A DNA stretch of 23,842 nucleotides. Source: Polyangiaceae bacterium (GTDB lineage: Bacteria; Myxococcota_A; Polyangia; Polyangiales; Polyangiaceae). Both the position numbers and the translations under genes were made by a program. Below are positions 1 to 8,618 of the stretch, piece after piece. The DNA is taken from contig JAPSGB010000058.1 of NCBI GenBank assembly GCA_035063585.1, positions 1-23,842 of the forward strand, written 5' to 3'. Within the stretch, counting starts at the first letter, position 1, and each line of letters opens with the position of its first letter. A model generated the notes under the pieces. It did no database searches, had not been told where the DNA came from, and was given only the letters and a program-made list of their open reading frames with translations.

Positions 1-122
1 CGGGAAGCGCCGGAGCGTCGGGAAGCGCCGGAGCGTCGGGAAGCGCCGGAGCGTCGGGAAGCGCCGGAGCGTCGGGAAGCGCCGGAGCGTCGGGAAGCGC
101 CGGAGCGTCGGGAAGCGCCGGG
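1..122 (+). repeat. 18-bp perfect tandem repeat CGGGAAGCGCCGGAGCGT, 6 full copies plus a partial one, truncated by the window edge
   Basis: Units read directly at 1, 19, 37, 55, 73, 91 and partially at 109. Confidence 0.97.
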
Positions 123-131
123 GGCCACTGA
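3..131 (+). CDS. 3' end of an upstream gene ending in (GSAGAS)n-GSAGGH* (partial)
   Basis: The frame starting at 3 reads gga agc gcc gga gcg tcg repeatedly and stops at TGA 129-131, 1 nt before the fliQ ATG. Gly/Ser/Ala linkers are typical of other proteins in this window. Confidence 0.55.
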   Translation, partial: GSAGASGSAGASGSAGASGSAGASGSAGASGSAGASGSAGGH

Positions 132-132
132 T

Positions 133-387
133 ATGCCGGTCGCGCACCTCACCGGGCTCGCGCAAGAGGCGCTCCTGCTCGCCATCGCGGTGTCCCTGCC
201 AGTGGTCGGGATCGCGGCGCTCGCCGGGCTCGCCGTCGCGATCTTCCAGGCCGCGACGCAGGTGCAGGACGTGACCATCGCGCACCTGCCGCGGCTCGTG
301 GTGGTGGCGGTCGCGCTCGCGCTGCTCGGCCCCTGGATGGGCGGTCAGATCGCCGTGTTCGCCGCGCGCCTCTTCGCCGGGGGCTGA
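133..387 (+). CDS. fliQ: FliQ/SctS (EscS/YscS) family type III export gate subunit
   Basis: 84 aa with two hydrophobic segments. AIFQAATQVQDVTI..LPR and LGPWMG match the family signature (QAxTQIQEQTL..vPK, gpWm). Confidence 0.88.
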   Translation: MPVAHLTGLAQEALLLAIAVSLPVVGIAALAGLAVAIFQAATQVQDVTIAHLPRLVVVAVALALLGPWMGGQIAVFAARLFAGG

Positions 388-392
388 GCCGG

Positions 393-1610
393 ATGGCGCG
401 CGCACGCTCGCGGGCGGTGCTCTCGCCCGCCGAGCTCTCGCGAGCCCGCGGCGCCGCGCGCGTCCGCGTCGGGGGGCGCGTCGCGAGCGTCGATACGGGC
501 GGCGCGGTGATCGCCGACGCGCTCGGCGCGGTCTCCGCGCGGTTCCGCGCCGCCCCGACCCAGACCCGCGAGCTTACGCCGGGCGAGCTGGTGATCGTCG
601 AGGGGCGTCCGAGCCGGCGCGGGCTCCTCGACGCGCGCGTCATCGAGCGGCACCCGGCGCCGCTCCCGCGCGGCGACGGCGAGCACGCGCGGCTCGCGTG
701 GCAGGGGGTGGGGCCTCGCCTCGCGCTCCGCTCGCGCGCGCTCGCCGCGGTGCGCGAATATTTCCACGCGGAATCATTCCTCGAGGTCGAGACACCGCTC
801 CGCGTACCGGCGCCCGGGGTCGATCTGTACGTCGACGCGCTCCGCGCCGAGGGCGGCTACCTGGTCACCAGCCCCGAGCTCCACATGAAGCGGCTCGTGG
901 TCGGCGGGCTGCCGCGCATCTATCAAATCGCGCGCGCCCACCGCGCCGAGGAGCTCGGTCCGCTCCACGAGCCCGCGTTCACGCTGGTCGAGTGGTATCG
1001 GGCGTTCGCGGGGCTCGGCGAGGTGCTCCGCGACACCGAGCGGCTGGTCGCGCGGGTGGCGCGCGCGGTGAGCGGGCGCGCGGAGCTCCGCTACCGAGGG
1101 CGGGTCATCGACGCGCGGCCGCCCTTCGAGCAGCTCACGGTGCGCGAGGCGTTCCGGCGCTACGCGGGGATCCGGGACGCCACCCTGCTCGAGGAGTCTC
1201 GCTACTTCGAGCTCCTCGTGGAGCGGGTGGAGCCGGCGCTCGCGCGCGCCTCACGGCCGATCTTCCTCACCGAGTACCCCGCCGCGCAGGCCGCGCTCGC
1301 GCGCCCGATGCCTGGCGACGCGTCGGTCGCGGAGCGCTTCGAGCTCTACGCCGCCGGGGTCGAGCTCTCGAACGGCTTCGGCGAGCTCACCGATCCGCTC
1401 GAGCAGCGCCGCCGATTCCGGGCCGAGCGCGCGCGCCGCCGCGAGGACGGCCGGCGGGTGTATCCGCTCGACGAGCGGTTCCTCGCCGCCCTGCGCGAGG
1501 GCATGCCCCCCGCCGGCGGCAACGCGCTCGGCTTCGACCGCCTGCTCATGCTCGCCGCGGGCGCCGACGACATCGCGGCGGTGCTCGCGTTCCCGGCCGC
1601 CCGCGCTTGA
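393..1610 (+). CDS. epmA: EF-P lysine aminoacylase EpmA/GenX (LysRS catalytic-domain paralogue) with an N-terminal extension
   Basis: Motifs FLEVETP, YLVTSPELHMKRL, HEPAFTLVEWYR, ERFELYAAGVELSNGFGELTDP, GMPPAGGNALGFDRLLM. The EWYR and ELxNGFxELTD motifs fit EpmA. Confidence 0.92.
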   Translation: MARARSRAVLSPAELSRARGAARVRVGGRVASVDTGGAVIADALGAVSARFRAAPTQTRELTPGELVIVEGRPSRRGLLDARVIERHPAPLPRGDGEHARLAWQGVGPRLALRSRALAAVREYFHAESFLEVETPLRVPAPGVDLYVDALRAEGGYLVTSPELHMKRLVVGGLPRIYQIARAHRAEELGPLHEPAFTLVEWYRAFAGLGEVLRDTERLVARVARAVSGRAELRYRGRVIDARPPFEQLTVREAFRRYAGIRDATLLEESRYFELLVERVEPALARASRPIFLTEYPAAQAALARPMPGDASVAERFELYAAGVELSNGFGELTDPLEQRRRFRAERARRREDGRRVYPLDERFLAALREGMPPAGGNALGFDRLLMLAAGADDIAAVLAFPAARA

Positions 1611-1669
1611 TTCGGTTTATTAGGTTATAAAGTATTCGTCGTCGATGGTTTGGTAAGGTGCCCAGTGTC

Positions 1670-1699
1670 TGCCGGTCCGGCGCGGCCGGCGACCGGACC
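1670..1699 (+). repeat. Dispersed intergenic motif, copy 1 (TGCCGGTCCGGCGCGGCCGGCGACC); forms a hairpin between convergent genes
   Basis: Near-identical to 17207-17226, 18133-18161 (minus) and 23386-23406. Inverted arms GGTCCGG (1674-1680) and CCGGACC (1693-1699). Confidence 0.7.
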
Positions 1700-1709
1700 C
1701 GCCCCCCGC

Positions 1710-4190
1710 TCACTGCCCGATGTGGGGGACCTCGCCGGCCGCGGCCATGCCGAGGAAGCGCGCGGCGTCGGCGTTGGCGCTCGGCACGTCATAGATGACG
1801 AAATGCCCGTCGCTGCCCGCCGGCGGCGCGTACTCGCGGACCCCGAGCGTCACCTCGGCGCCGTCCACCGTGAGGTTCCCGGAGAGCGGCGCGGTCGCCG
1901 GGGTGAGGTTCCCGATCTCATCCGGGGTCGTGACGCTCGGGTCGGCCGCGACCAGCCCGAGGCGCGCGGCGAGCGCGTAGGTCGCGAGCGTCACGGGCGG
2001 CGAGTAGGTGTCGCCGAGCCCGTAGGTCTGAAAGACGCTCTTCGGCGCGTGCCCGGGCTCGGGCGCGGCGCCGACGGCGCGGGCGAAGTTGAGCGGATCG
2101 GCCGGGTCGATCCACTGCGCGAGCAGGCTCGGCACCGGGTGCATCTCCCCGCCCGGCAGCCCGCCGGTCTCGTCGTAGTCGGCCAGCACGAACGGGAGCG
2201 CCGCCGCGATGTTGACGGGTCGCGTCTTGTGCAGGAGCGCGTGGATGATGCTCGCACCGTTGCCGGAGAGCACCGCGGCCTCGAACTCGTCCGCGAACGG
2301 CAGGATGAGGCTCCCCTCGGTGGCGCCCTGGGAGTGCCCGAAGAACACGAGCGCGCCCGGATCGATCTTGATGGCGTCGCCGCCGGTCGCGGCCGCGTCG
2401 AGGTCGAGCGCCGCGCCGAAACGCGCGAGCGAGAGCTGATCGACCGCGCCCTGCAGCGGGTTACCGCGGGCCGCGTCGGGGTTCGCGAAGTTGAAGAACA
2501 GCTGGTTCGGCGAGTCGGTCGAGTCGCCGCGCCGGGGGCCGTGCTCGACCTGATCGATGCCGAGCACCGCGAACCTCACCGTCCCGCCGCTCGGCGTGGC
2601 CACGCCGGCGAGCGCGCCGGCCACCTCGGGGCGGACGTGGTCGCGGAACGAGCCGCCGGTGCCGTGCGCGTACACGACCAGCGGCCAGCCGCTCGGCGGC
2701 ATCGTGGCCTTCGGCACCGTGAGCGCCATGCACACGTCCTCGTGACGCACCGCGGCCGTCGCGATGCGTCCGGCCGGCGAGGCCGCATAAGGCGCGGCGC
2801 CCTCTTGGAAGATGGGGAGCGAGACCAGCGCGTGGTACTCGTCGTAGGCGGGATCGCCCGCGCCGCAGCCGCGCTCGCCGTCATGTTGGGGGCACGGCGA
2901 GGTGACGCCGCTCGCGCACTTGACCCAGCCCTTGGCGGTCGGGGTCGGCTCGGCGCGCGCGGCCTCGGCGAGCGCGCGCATCGGCTCGCGCACCGGGCTC
3001 GTGGTGATCACGGTGGCGGTGAGCACCGTGGTCGGATCGATGCCCTTGTCCGTCAGGTACGAGCGGAACGGCTGAAACGTGCCCCACGCGGCCGCGAGCG
3101 CGGTGTCCGTGGGCGCCGTGTCCGAGAGCATCGCGAGGAAATTCTCCGAGCGCTCGATGGCGGCGCCCTGCGCGTCGCGGCCCGCGGTGGAGAGCCACAC
3201 GGCGTAGGTGTGCCCGGGAGTGAGCGGCGCGCCCTGCGGGCGGCGCACGCCGAACCAGTTTTCGCAGACGTACTTGCTCCGCCCGCTCGACGCATACCAG
3301 GTGAGCCCGGCGTTGGCGCCGTACTCGGGCGTGCCCGCGGTGATGTCGATGAAATTGACCGGGCTCGAGCCCGATTTTCCGCGGAAGCTGTCGTAGTCGA
3401 CGGGGCCGCTGAAGCGGAAGATGACCGACGGGTAGGTCCCCCAGGCGTGCTCGTCGCGGGTGATGGCGTCGACGTAGCGCTTCACGGGATCGAAGCCGAG
3501 CAGCTCGGTGCCGGGCGTCGGGAAGCCCGCGAGCTCGAGCTTGCCGTCCTTCACGCGGACGTCGTTCGGGAACGGGAGGCGGAAAAAATCGCCCTCTTGC
3601 GCGCCCGCAGCGCCCGGGACCTCGAAATACGCCCGCGCGCCGGCCGCGTTCGGCGGATCGCAGCTCACGCCTTGCCACGTGGGAACGCCGAACGATGGCG
3701 CGCCCGGCGGCGTCGGGGCGCACGCGCCCGCGGCGCAGGCGAGCCCCGAGAAGCAGTCGGCGCTCGTCGAGCAGGACTTGCCGACGTCATTCGTGCCCTC
3801 GGGCCGGCACTCCGCGCCGAAGCCGACCAGCGTGCAGCGCAGGCCCTGCTGGCAGTCGACGTCACCGCGGCAGCCGTCTCCCTCCGCGCCGCTCCCCTCG
3901 GCCAGGCATTTTCCGCCGAGGCACTGCAGCCCCGCCTGACACTCGCCGCTCAGCGTGCAGGGGCTCCCCGCGGCGACGCTGTGGCCGAGCGCGCAGTAGC
4001 CGTCCTCGCAGCTCAGCCCGACGCGGCAGGGCTGGCTCTTGCAAGCGTCGCCGACCCCCGCGCCGGCCGGGACGCCGCCGGTCCCGCCGGTGCCGTCCTC
4101 GCTCATGTCGGAGGGACCGCTCGAACACGCCCAGGCGCTGGCGACCGCGAGGCTCGCGACCGCGCCGAGAGTCCAGATCCGCTTCATCAT
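1710..4190 (-). CDS. Lipoprotein with N-terminal Cys-rich repeats and a C-terminal alpha/beta-hydrolase (lipase/esterase-like) domain
   Basis: GGAGG lies 7 nt before ATG 4190. Lipobox AWAC, about four GxxCxxxxxCxxGLxC repeats, VVYAHGTGG oxyanion motif, FFGHSQG nucleophile elbow, and DPADP/GHFV as candidate Asp/His. Confidence 0.8.
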   Translation of the reverse strand: MMKRIWTLGAVASLAVASAWACSSGPSDMSEDGTGGTGGVPAGAGVGDACKSQPCRVGLSCEDGYCALGHSVAAGSPCTLSGECQAGLQCLGGKCLAEGSGAEGDGCRGDVDCQQGLRCTLVGFGAECRPEGTNDVGKSCSTSADCFSGLACAAGACAPTPPGAPSFGVPTWQGVSCDPPNAAGARAYFEVPGAAGAQEGDFFRLPFPNDVRVKDGKLELAGFPTPGTELLGFDPVKRYVDAITRDEHAWGTYPSVIFRFSGPVDYDSFRGKSGSSPVNFIDITAGTPEYGANAGLTWYASSGRSKYVCENWFGVRRPQGAPLTPGHTYAVWLSTAGRDAQGAAIERSENFLAMLSDTAPTDTALAAAWGTFQPFRSYLTDKGIDPTTVLTATVITTSPVREPMRALAEAARAEPTPTAKGWVKCASGVTSPCPQHDGERGCGAGDPAYDEYHALVSLPIFQEGAAPYAASPAGRIATAAVRHEDVCMALTVPKATMPPSGWPLVVYAHGTGGSFRDHVRPEVAGALAGVATPSGGTVRFAVLGIDQVEHGPRRGDSTDSPNQLFFNFANPDAARGNPLQGAVDQLSLARFGAALDLDAAATGGDAIKIDPGALVFFGHSQGATEGSLILPFADEFEAAVLSGNGASIIHALLHKTRPVNIAAALPFVLADYDETGGLPGGEMHPVPSLLAQWIDPADPLNFARAVGAAPEPGHAPKSVFQTYGLGDTYSPPVTLATYALAARLGLVAADPSVTTPDEIGNLTPATAPLSGNLTVDGAEVTLGVREYAPPAGSDGHFVIYDVPSANADAARFLGMAAAGEVPHIGQ

Positions 4191-4338
4191 GTGCATCCCT
4201 CCAAAAAAGCAAGGCTACGCAGAGCCCAACCGCGAGCTTACTCGCGCTCGAACTGGCCGGCAATCGCGCCGGCTCCGGCGTCGCGCCGGCCGCGGCTTCG
4301 CGCCGCCCCGACGAGCCCTCCCCCTCGACACCCGCCCG

Positions 4339-5013
4339 TTACTCGTAGCGGAGCAGGCTGATGACGGGCGTCGGCAGGAGCAGGCTCCGCCCGCCGAGCG
4401 AGTCGAGCTCGATGACGAAGGCGAACGCGCTGACGAACGCGCCCTGGCGATGCACGAGCTCGGCGGCGGCCGCCGCGGTGCCACCGGTCGCCAGGAGATC
4501 GTCGACCACCACCACGCTCGCGCCCTCCGAGAGGGAGTCACGGTGCATCTCGAGCTCCGCCTCGCCGTACTCGAGCGAGTACGACACGCGATCGACCCGA
4601 TACGGGAGCTTGCCGGCCTTGCGGACCGGGACGAAGCTCGCGTTCAGCCGCGCGGCGAGCGCGCCGCCGAAGATGAAGCCGCGCGACTCGACCCCGACGA
4701 TGGCGTCCACGTGCTCGCCGACGAACCGCTCGGCGAGCTGATCGAGCACGATGTGGAAGGCCTTCGGATCCGCGAGGAGCGGCGTGATGTCGCGAAAGAG
4801 CACGCCCGGCTGCGGAAAATCGCGGACCTCACGGACCCGCTGGCGCACGTGCCCGAGCGGATCGAGCGCCGCCGCGCTCGGCCCCGCGGAGCGCTTGCCC
4901 GCTGCGGACGGTTGCTTCGCGGGGACCTCGCGCTCCACTCCGCGCGGAGTCGGTGAGCGGCGCGCCGGCACCGGCTTCTTGGGCTTCGCGGCGGAGCGCT
5001 TGCGAGCTGCCAT
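4339..5013 (-). CDS. apt: Adenine phosphoribosyltransferase with a basic N-terminal extension
   Basis: DFPQPGVLFRDITPLL, GVESRGFIFG, VRKAGKLP, YSLEYG and the PRPP motif VVVVDDLLATGGT. Confidence 0.96.
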   Translation of the reverse strand: MAARKRSAAKPKKPVPARRSPTPRGVEREVPAKQPSAAGKRSAGPSAAALDPLGHVRQRVREVRDFPQPGVLFRDITPLLADPKAFHIVLDQLAERFVGEHVDAIVGVESRGFIFGGALAARLNASFVPVRKAGKLPYRVDRVSYSLEYGEAELEMHRDSLSEGASVVVVDDLLATGGTAAAAAELVHRQGAFVSAFAFVIELDSLGGRSLLLPTPVISLLRYE

Positions 5014-5072
5014 GCGCCCTCGTCACTACCACGACTCGCGGCTCCGGCGTTAGCCACGCCGCCGCCCCGGGG

Positions 5073-5834
5073 TCACCCCGGAGCGTCGAGGTTCGATATG
5101 AGGAGCTCGAGCGCGCCCTGCCCGCTGCGCGCCCAGAGGTCGAGCACGAGCGGCGTGACGCCGACCACGCCCTGGTCGTAGGCCTCCGTGTCCGAGCCGG
5201 CCACGGGGCGGTGCGAGACGCCGTTGCCCCCGATCCACAGGTAGTCGCGGCCGCGCGGATCCACGCGGAACTCGACGCTGTCGTGGTAGACGCGCGCACC
5301 GAGGCGCGTCGCCCGGAGCGCCCACCCGGCGCCCGGCGGAAAGTTGACGTTCAAGAGCAGCGGGGCATGTTTCCGGTGCTCGTGGAGCGCGAGCGCGAGC
5401 CGCACCACCGCGACGGCGGCCGTCGACCGCTCCGTCCCGTGGGCGGCCGAGGCCGCGATGCTCGGTATTCCCCGAAGCGCCCCCTCGCGCGCGGCCGCCA
5501 CCGTCCCGCTGTAAAATACGTCGTCGCCGAGGTTCACGCCGTGGTTGAGCCCGGAGACGACGAGATCCGGCTTGCGCGGCAGGACCCGGCCGTCTGCGTG
5601 GAGCGCGACGTAGACGCAGTCGGCCGGCGTGCCGTCGACCGCGTAGAGCCCCTCTGCGTGCCGGGTCAGACGGAGCGGACGGTGCAGGCTGAGCGAGTGG
5701 CTCGCGGCGCTCTGCTCGCTCTCCGGGGCGCAGACGATCACGTCCGCCTCGGCTGCGAGCGCGCCGCGGAGCGCCTCGAGACCGGCGGCGCGATAGCCAT
5801 CGTCGTTCGAGAGGAGGACGAGCGGACGGCTCAT
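5073..5834 (-). CDS. surE: 5'/3'-nucleotidase SurE
   Basis: LLSNDDG, EQSAASHSLSL, DGTPADCV, SGLNHGVNLG..YSGTVAAA, LLNVNFP, DPRGRDYLW. Confidence 0.97.
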   Translation of the reverse strand: MSRPLVLLSNDDGYRAAGLEALRGALAAEADVIVCAPESEQSAASHSLSLHRPLRLTRHAEGLYAVDGTPADCVYVALHADGRVLPRKPDLVVSGLNHGVNLGDDVFYSGTVAAAREGALRGIPSIAASAAHGTERSTAAVAVVRLALALHEHRKHAPLLLNVNFPPGAGWALRATRLGARVYHDSVEFRVDPRGRDYLWIGGNGVSHRPVAGSDTEAYDQGVVGVTPLVLDLWARSGQGALELLISNLDAPG

Positions 5835-5880
5835 GGCCGCGCGGTTCTAGACGAGCCCGCGCGGCGTCGCCAGCGCCCGG

Positions 5881-5909
5881 TTGACAGAATTGTGACGCTG
5901 CGGCATGTT
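5881..5909 (+). promoter_or_regulatory. Sigma70-type promoter for bolA-grxD (likely leaderless)
   Basis: Perfect TTGACA (5881-5886), 17-nt spacer, CATGTT (5904-5909), ATG 8 nt later, no SD sequence. Confidence 0.6.
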
Positions 5910-5917
5910 TCGCCGCG

Positions 5918-6175
5918 ATGATGGACCCGGACGCAGTCCACGCGCTCTTGGCGATGGGCTTCCCCGACGCCGAGATCCAGGTCACCGACCTCACCGGGAC
6001 GCGCGATCACTACCGGGCGCGCATCGTGAGCCCGGCCTTCGCCGGAAAATCCATGGTCGAGCAGCACCAGCTCGTCTACGCCGTGGTCGGCGAGGCGATG
6101 GCCGGGCCCATCCACGCGCTCAGCCTGAAGACGTACACGCCCGAGGCGTGGAAGAAGCTCCAAGGAGACGCTTGA
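5918..6175 (+). CDS. bolA: BolA/IbaG family Fe-S metabolism protein
   Basis: DHYRARIVSPAFAGKSMVEQHQLVY and IHALSLKT; adjacent to grxD. Confidence 0.93.
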   Translation: MMDPDAVHALLAMGFPDAEIQVTDLTGTRDHYRARIVSPAFAGKSMVEQHQLVYAVVGEAMAGPIHALSLKTYTPEAWKKLQGDA

Positions 6176-6486
6176 TGGAAGACGCGACGCGCGAGAAAAT
6201 CGAGGCGCTCTTGAAGGCGCACCGGATCGTGCTCTTCATGAAGGGGACCAAGCATTTCCCGCAGTGCGGATTCTCGGCCCAGGTCGCCAGCGTGCTCCAG
6301 CGGGCGGGGGCCGAGTACCACGACGTGAACGTGCTCCTCGACCCCGAGCTCCGGCAGGGCATCAAGGACTACGCGAGCTGGCCCACCGTTCCTCAGCTCT
6401 ACGTCGACGGGAACTTCATCGGCGGCTGCGACATCGTGACCGACCTCTTCGAGAGCGGCGAGCTCGAGAAGCTGGTCGCCGGCTGA
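6175..6486 (+). CDS. grxD: Monothiol glutaredoxin (Grx4 family)
   Basis: TGATG overlap with the bolA stop and AAGGAG upstream. VLFMKGT..PQCGFS, WPTVPQLYV, FIGGCDI. The real start lies inside the listed 5905 ORF. Confidence 0.96.
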   Translation: MEDATREKIEALLKAHRIVLFMKGTKHFPQCGFSAQVASVLQRAGAEYHDVNVLLDPELRQGIKDYASWPTVPQLYVDGNFIGGCDIVTDLFESGELEKLVAG

Positions 6487-6501
6487 GCGCGGCGGCGGCG
6501 C

Positions 6502-8508
6502 TCAGTCCTTCGGCGGGGGCGCGCCCGCGATCTTGAGGCCGCGGATGGCGTCGCGGAAGCGGACCTGCTGCTCGCTCACCGTCATCCGGAGCTCGACCAG
6601 CCGTTTGGTGAGCTGCTCGAGGCGCGTCGAGAGCTCGCCCAGACGCCGGGTGAGCTTGGCGCGGAGATCGGCGGCCTGGGTATTCTTCTCGATCGCGCGG
6701 AGGTTCCGCCGCGTCTCGTCCGAGTCATTTTCGAGCTCGCGCTGCTCGGTCACCAACTGCTCGAGCTCGTCGGTAGATTTCCGGAGCCCCTCGCGGCTCT
6801 GCCAGGCGAGCGTGAGCTGCTTCACGCTCTCCGGGTTCGAGCGTGAGTCCGCGAGGTAGGCGCGCACCGCCTCTTCGGCGAGCGGGCTCAGCCAATCCAC
6901 CGACTCGAGCGTGGACTGCCGCTCGTCGACCGTGAGCTCGGCGCGCGCGTGCGGCCGGACCTCGACCGGTACGAGCGCGCTGCCCGTGCCGGTGTTGTCC
7001 TCGGTGCCCGCCGGCGGCTTGAAGAGCCGCGCACCGCCGACGCGCGGGTGCTTCACGAGCACGCGCGCCAGCCGATCGCCGCCGTTCTTCAGCTTGTAGA
7101 GCGTCTTCATCACCTGATCCCGCTCGATGGTGAGCTGCCCTGCCTCCACCGAGTGGAGGCGCGCGCCCTGCTGCTCGTACTTGCGCTCGCTCTCGACGGC
7201 CAGGCTCCGCTCGAGCGCGAAGGGCACGGTCGCGGTCGCCCCGGGCGGCAGCGGATCGAGCAGCCCTTGCCCCAGGAACGAGCCCTTCTCGAAGACCGCG
7301 ATCGGCCCGCGCTCGAGCAGCCCGGCCGTCTTGTTGGTGAAGCGCGCGACGCGGAACGGGTGGGAGGCGGAGTCCGGGACTCCGCCGTCGGGCGCGAACA
7401 GGAACACCGCCTGCCCGGGCACCCGCTTCGAGAGCAGGAGCACCATGGTGGCGCTCTTGTCGGGCACCGTGACCGCGGTCGGGATCTCGTAGCGGGTGGT
7501 GCCCGCGTCGACCGCGACGGCCGCGAGCGCGCTCAGGTTGCGCGGCGCGCTCGGCCCGCGCGCGCGCGCCTCGTCCATCGCGGCGCGGACGCGGTCGGTC
7601 TTCGACTTGGCCACCGGCTTGGGCATCGGCGGCGCCGGCGGCGCGGCGCGGTCGCCCGCCGGCCCGAGCTGCCGCTGCGGGGCCCGCGCTGCGGCCCGAC
7701 CCATGCCCTGGCCGACGCCGCCTCCCCCGCCGGACGGCGCTCCGTCCGAGTCGTCTTCCAGCTCGGCGGCCTTTGCCTCGGACTCGCCGCCGTAGCGGTC
7801 CGTCTCGGTCGCGGGCGCCTCGGCGAGCGAGGTCTCGCCGGTCGGCACCGCCGCGATCACCTCGCCGGTGTCGGTCACGATCGGGCGCGCGGGCACCACC
7901 GGCTCGCCGAGCGTCGACTCGAAGGCGAGCGGCGCCCCCGCCACCAGCGCGAGCTTCACGTCCTTCCAGTCCTCGCCGGAGAGGTTCTGTACGATGCCCC
8001 AGGCCTGGAGATCGGCGCCATCGTCGCCGACCACCACGCGATAAGAGGGCCGCCACACCGGCGTCTCCGCGACGTAGCCCACCACGAGATCGTGCGAGGC
8101 GCCGTCGAGGCGCAGCACGACCTTGCGGAGCTTCTCGGGATCCGGGGTGTCGTCGACCGGCGGCACCGGGAGCGGCTTCAGGAGACTCTCCATGCGCGGA
8201 TCGATGGGCGGCGGCTCGGGCTGGTCGTCGTCGACGTCGAGCGGGAAGGATGCCGAGCGCACCGAGCTGCCGCCGTGCTCGACGATGGCCAGCGTAGCCA
8301 GGAAATCGCCGACCATGCGCTGGCGCATCTTGAAGGTCACCTCGTCCGCCTCGACGTGCCCGGCGCGCTCGAAGTACCCGACCCCGTTGCGATAGATCAC
8401 CACCCGGCGCAGCTCGAGCTGGTCGGTGGTGATGTTCGGGCCGCGCACGCAGCCGGTGAGGGCGAGGAGGATCCCAGCAGCGAACGAGATATGACGCATC
8501 CGAATCAT
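6502..8508 (-). CDS. DUF4139-like lipoprotein with a C-terminal coiled coil
   Basis: Lipobox LTGC. RVVIYRNGVGYFER, PVWRPSYRV, LQAWGIVQNLSGEDWKDVKLALVAGAP. Heptad-rich tail. Alternative start at 8499. Confidence 0.8.
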   Translation of the reverse strand: MIRMRHISFAAGILLALTGCVRGPNITTDQLELRRVVIYRNGVGYFERAGHVEADEVTFKMRQRMVGDFLATLAIVEHGGSSVRSASFPLDVDDDQPEPPPIDPRMESLLKPLPVPPVDDTPDPEKLRKVVLRLDGASHDLVVGYVAETPVWRPSYRVVVGDDGADLQAWGIVQNLSGEDWKDVKLALVAGAPLAFESTLGEPVVPARPIVTDTGEVIAAVPTGETSLAEAPATETDRYGGESEAKAAELEDDSDGAPSGGGGGVGQGMGRAAARAPQRQLGPAGDRAAPPAPPMPKPVAKSKTDRVRAAMDEARARGPSAPRNLSALAAVAVDAGTTRYEIPTAVTVPDKSATMVLLLSKRVPGQAVFLFAPDGGVPDSASHPFRVARFTNKTAGLLERGPIAVFEKGSFLGQGLLDPLPPGATATVPFALERSLAVESERKYEQQGARLHSVEAGQLTIERDQVMKTLYKLKNGGDRLARVLVKHPRVGGARLFKPPAGTEDNTGTGSALVPVEVRPHARAELTVDERQSTLESVDWLSPLAEEAVRAYLADSRSNPESVKQLTLAWQSREGLRKSTDELEQLVTEQRELENDSDETRRNLRAIEKNTQAADLRAKLTRRLGELSTRLEQLTKRLVELRMTVSEQQVRFRDAIRGLKIAGAPPPKD

Positions 8509-8618
8509 GGCTCCCGGGCCCCGGAGGATCTCGCTCGGGCCCCTTCCTTGCGCCTTTTAGCCGACCGGGCGCTCCACCGCCACACATCGGGACCCGCGTC
8601 GGCTATTCTCCGGAGACC

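Noticed and set aside
393..1610. Lysyl-tRNA synthetase lysS
   Set aside because: It is shorter than typical LysRS and carries EpmA-type motifs (EWYR, ELSNGFGELTD, LxTSPE).
4261..4338. Fifth copy of the dispersed 3' motif after apt
   Set aside because: Only CGCGGCCGGCG (11 bp, all G/C) matches on the minus strand, which is within chance.
1650..4361. 903-aa plus-strand ORF and other long Arg/Ala/Gly-rich ORFs (e.g. 6949-8682, 8505-10001, 14905-16515, 15582-17279, 17870-19324)
   Set aside because: These are antisense or off-frame shadows of real genes, as expected at this GC content; they have no motifs and biased composition.
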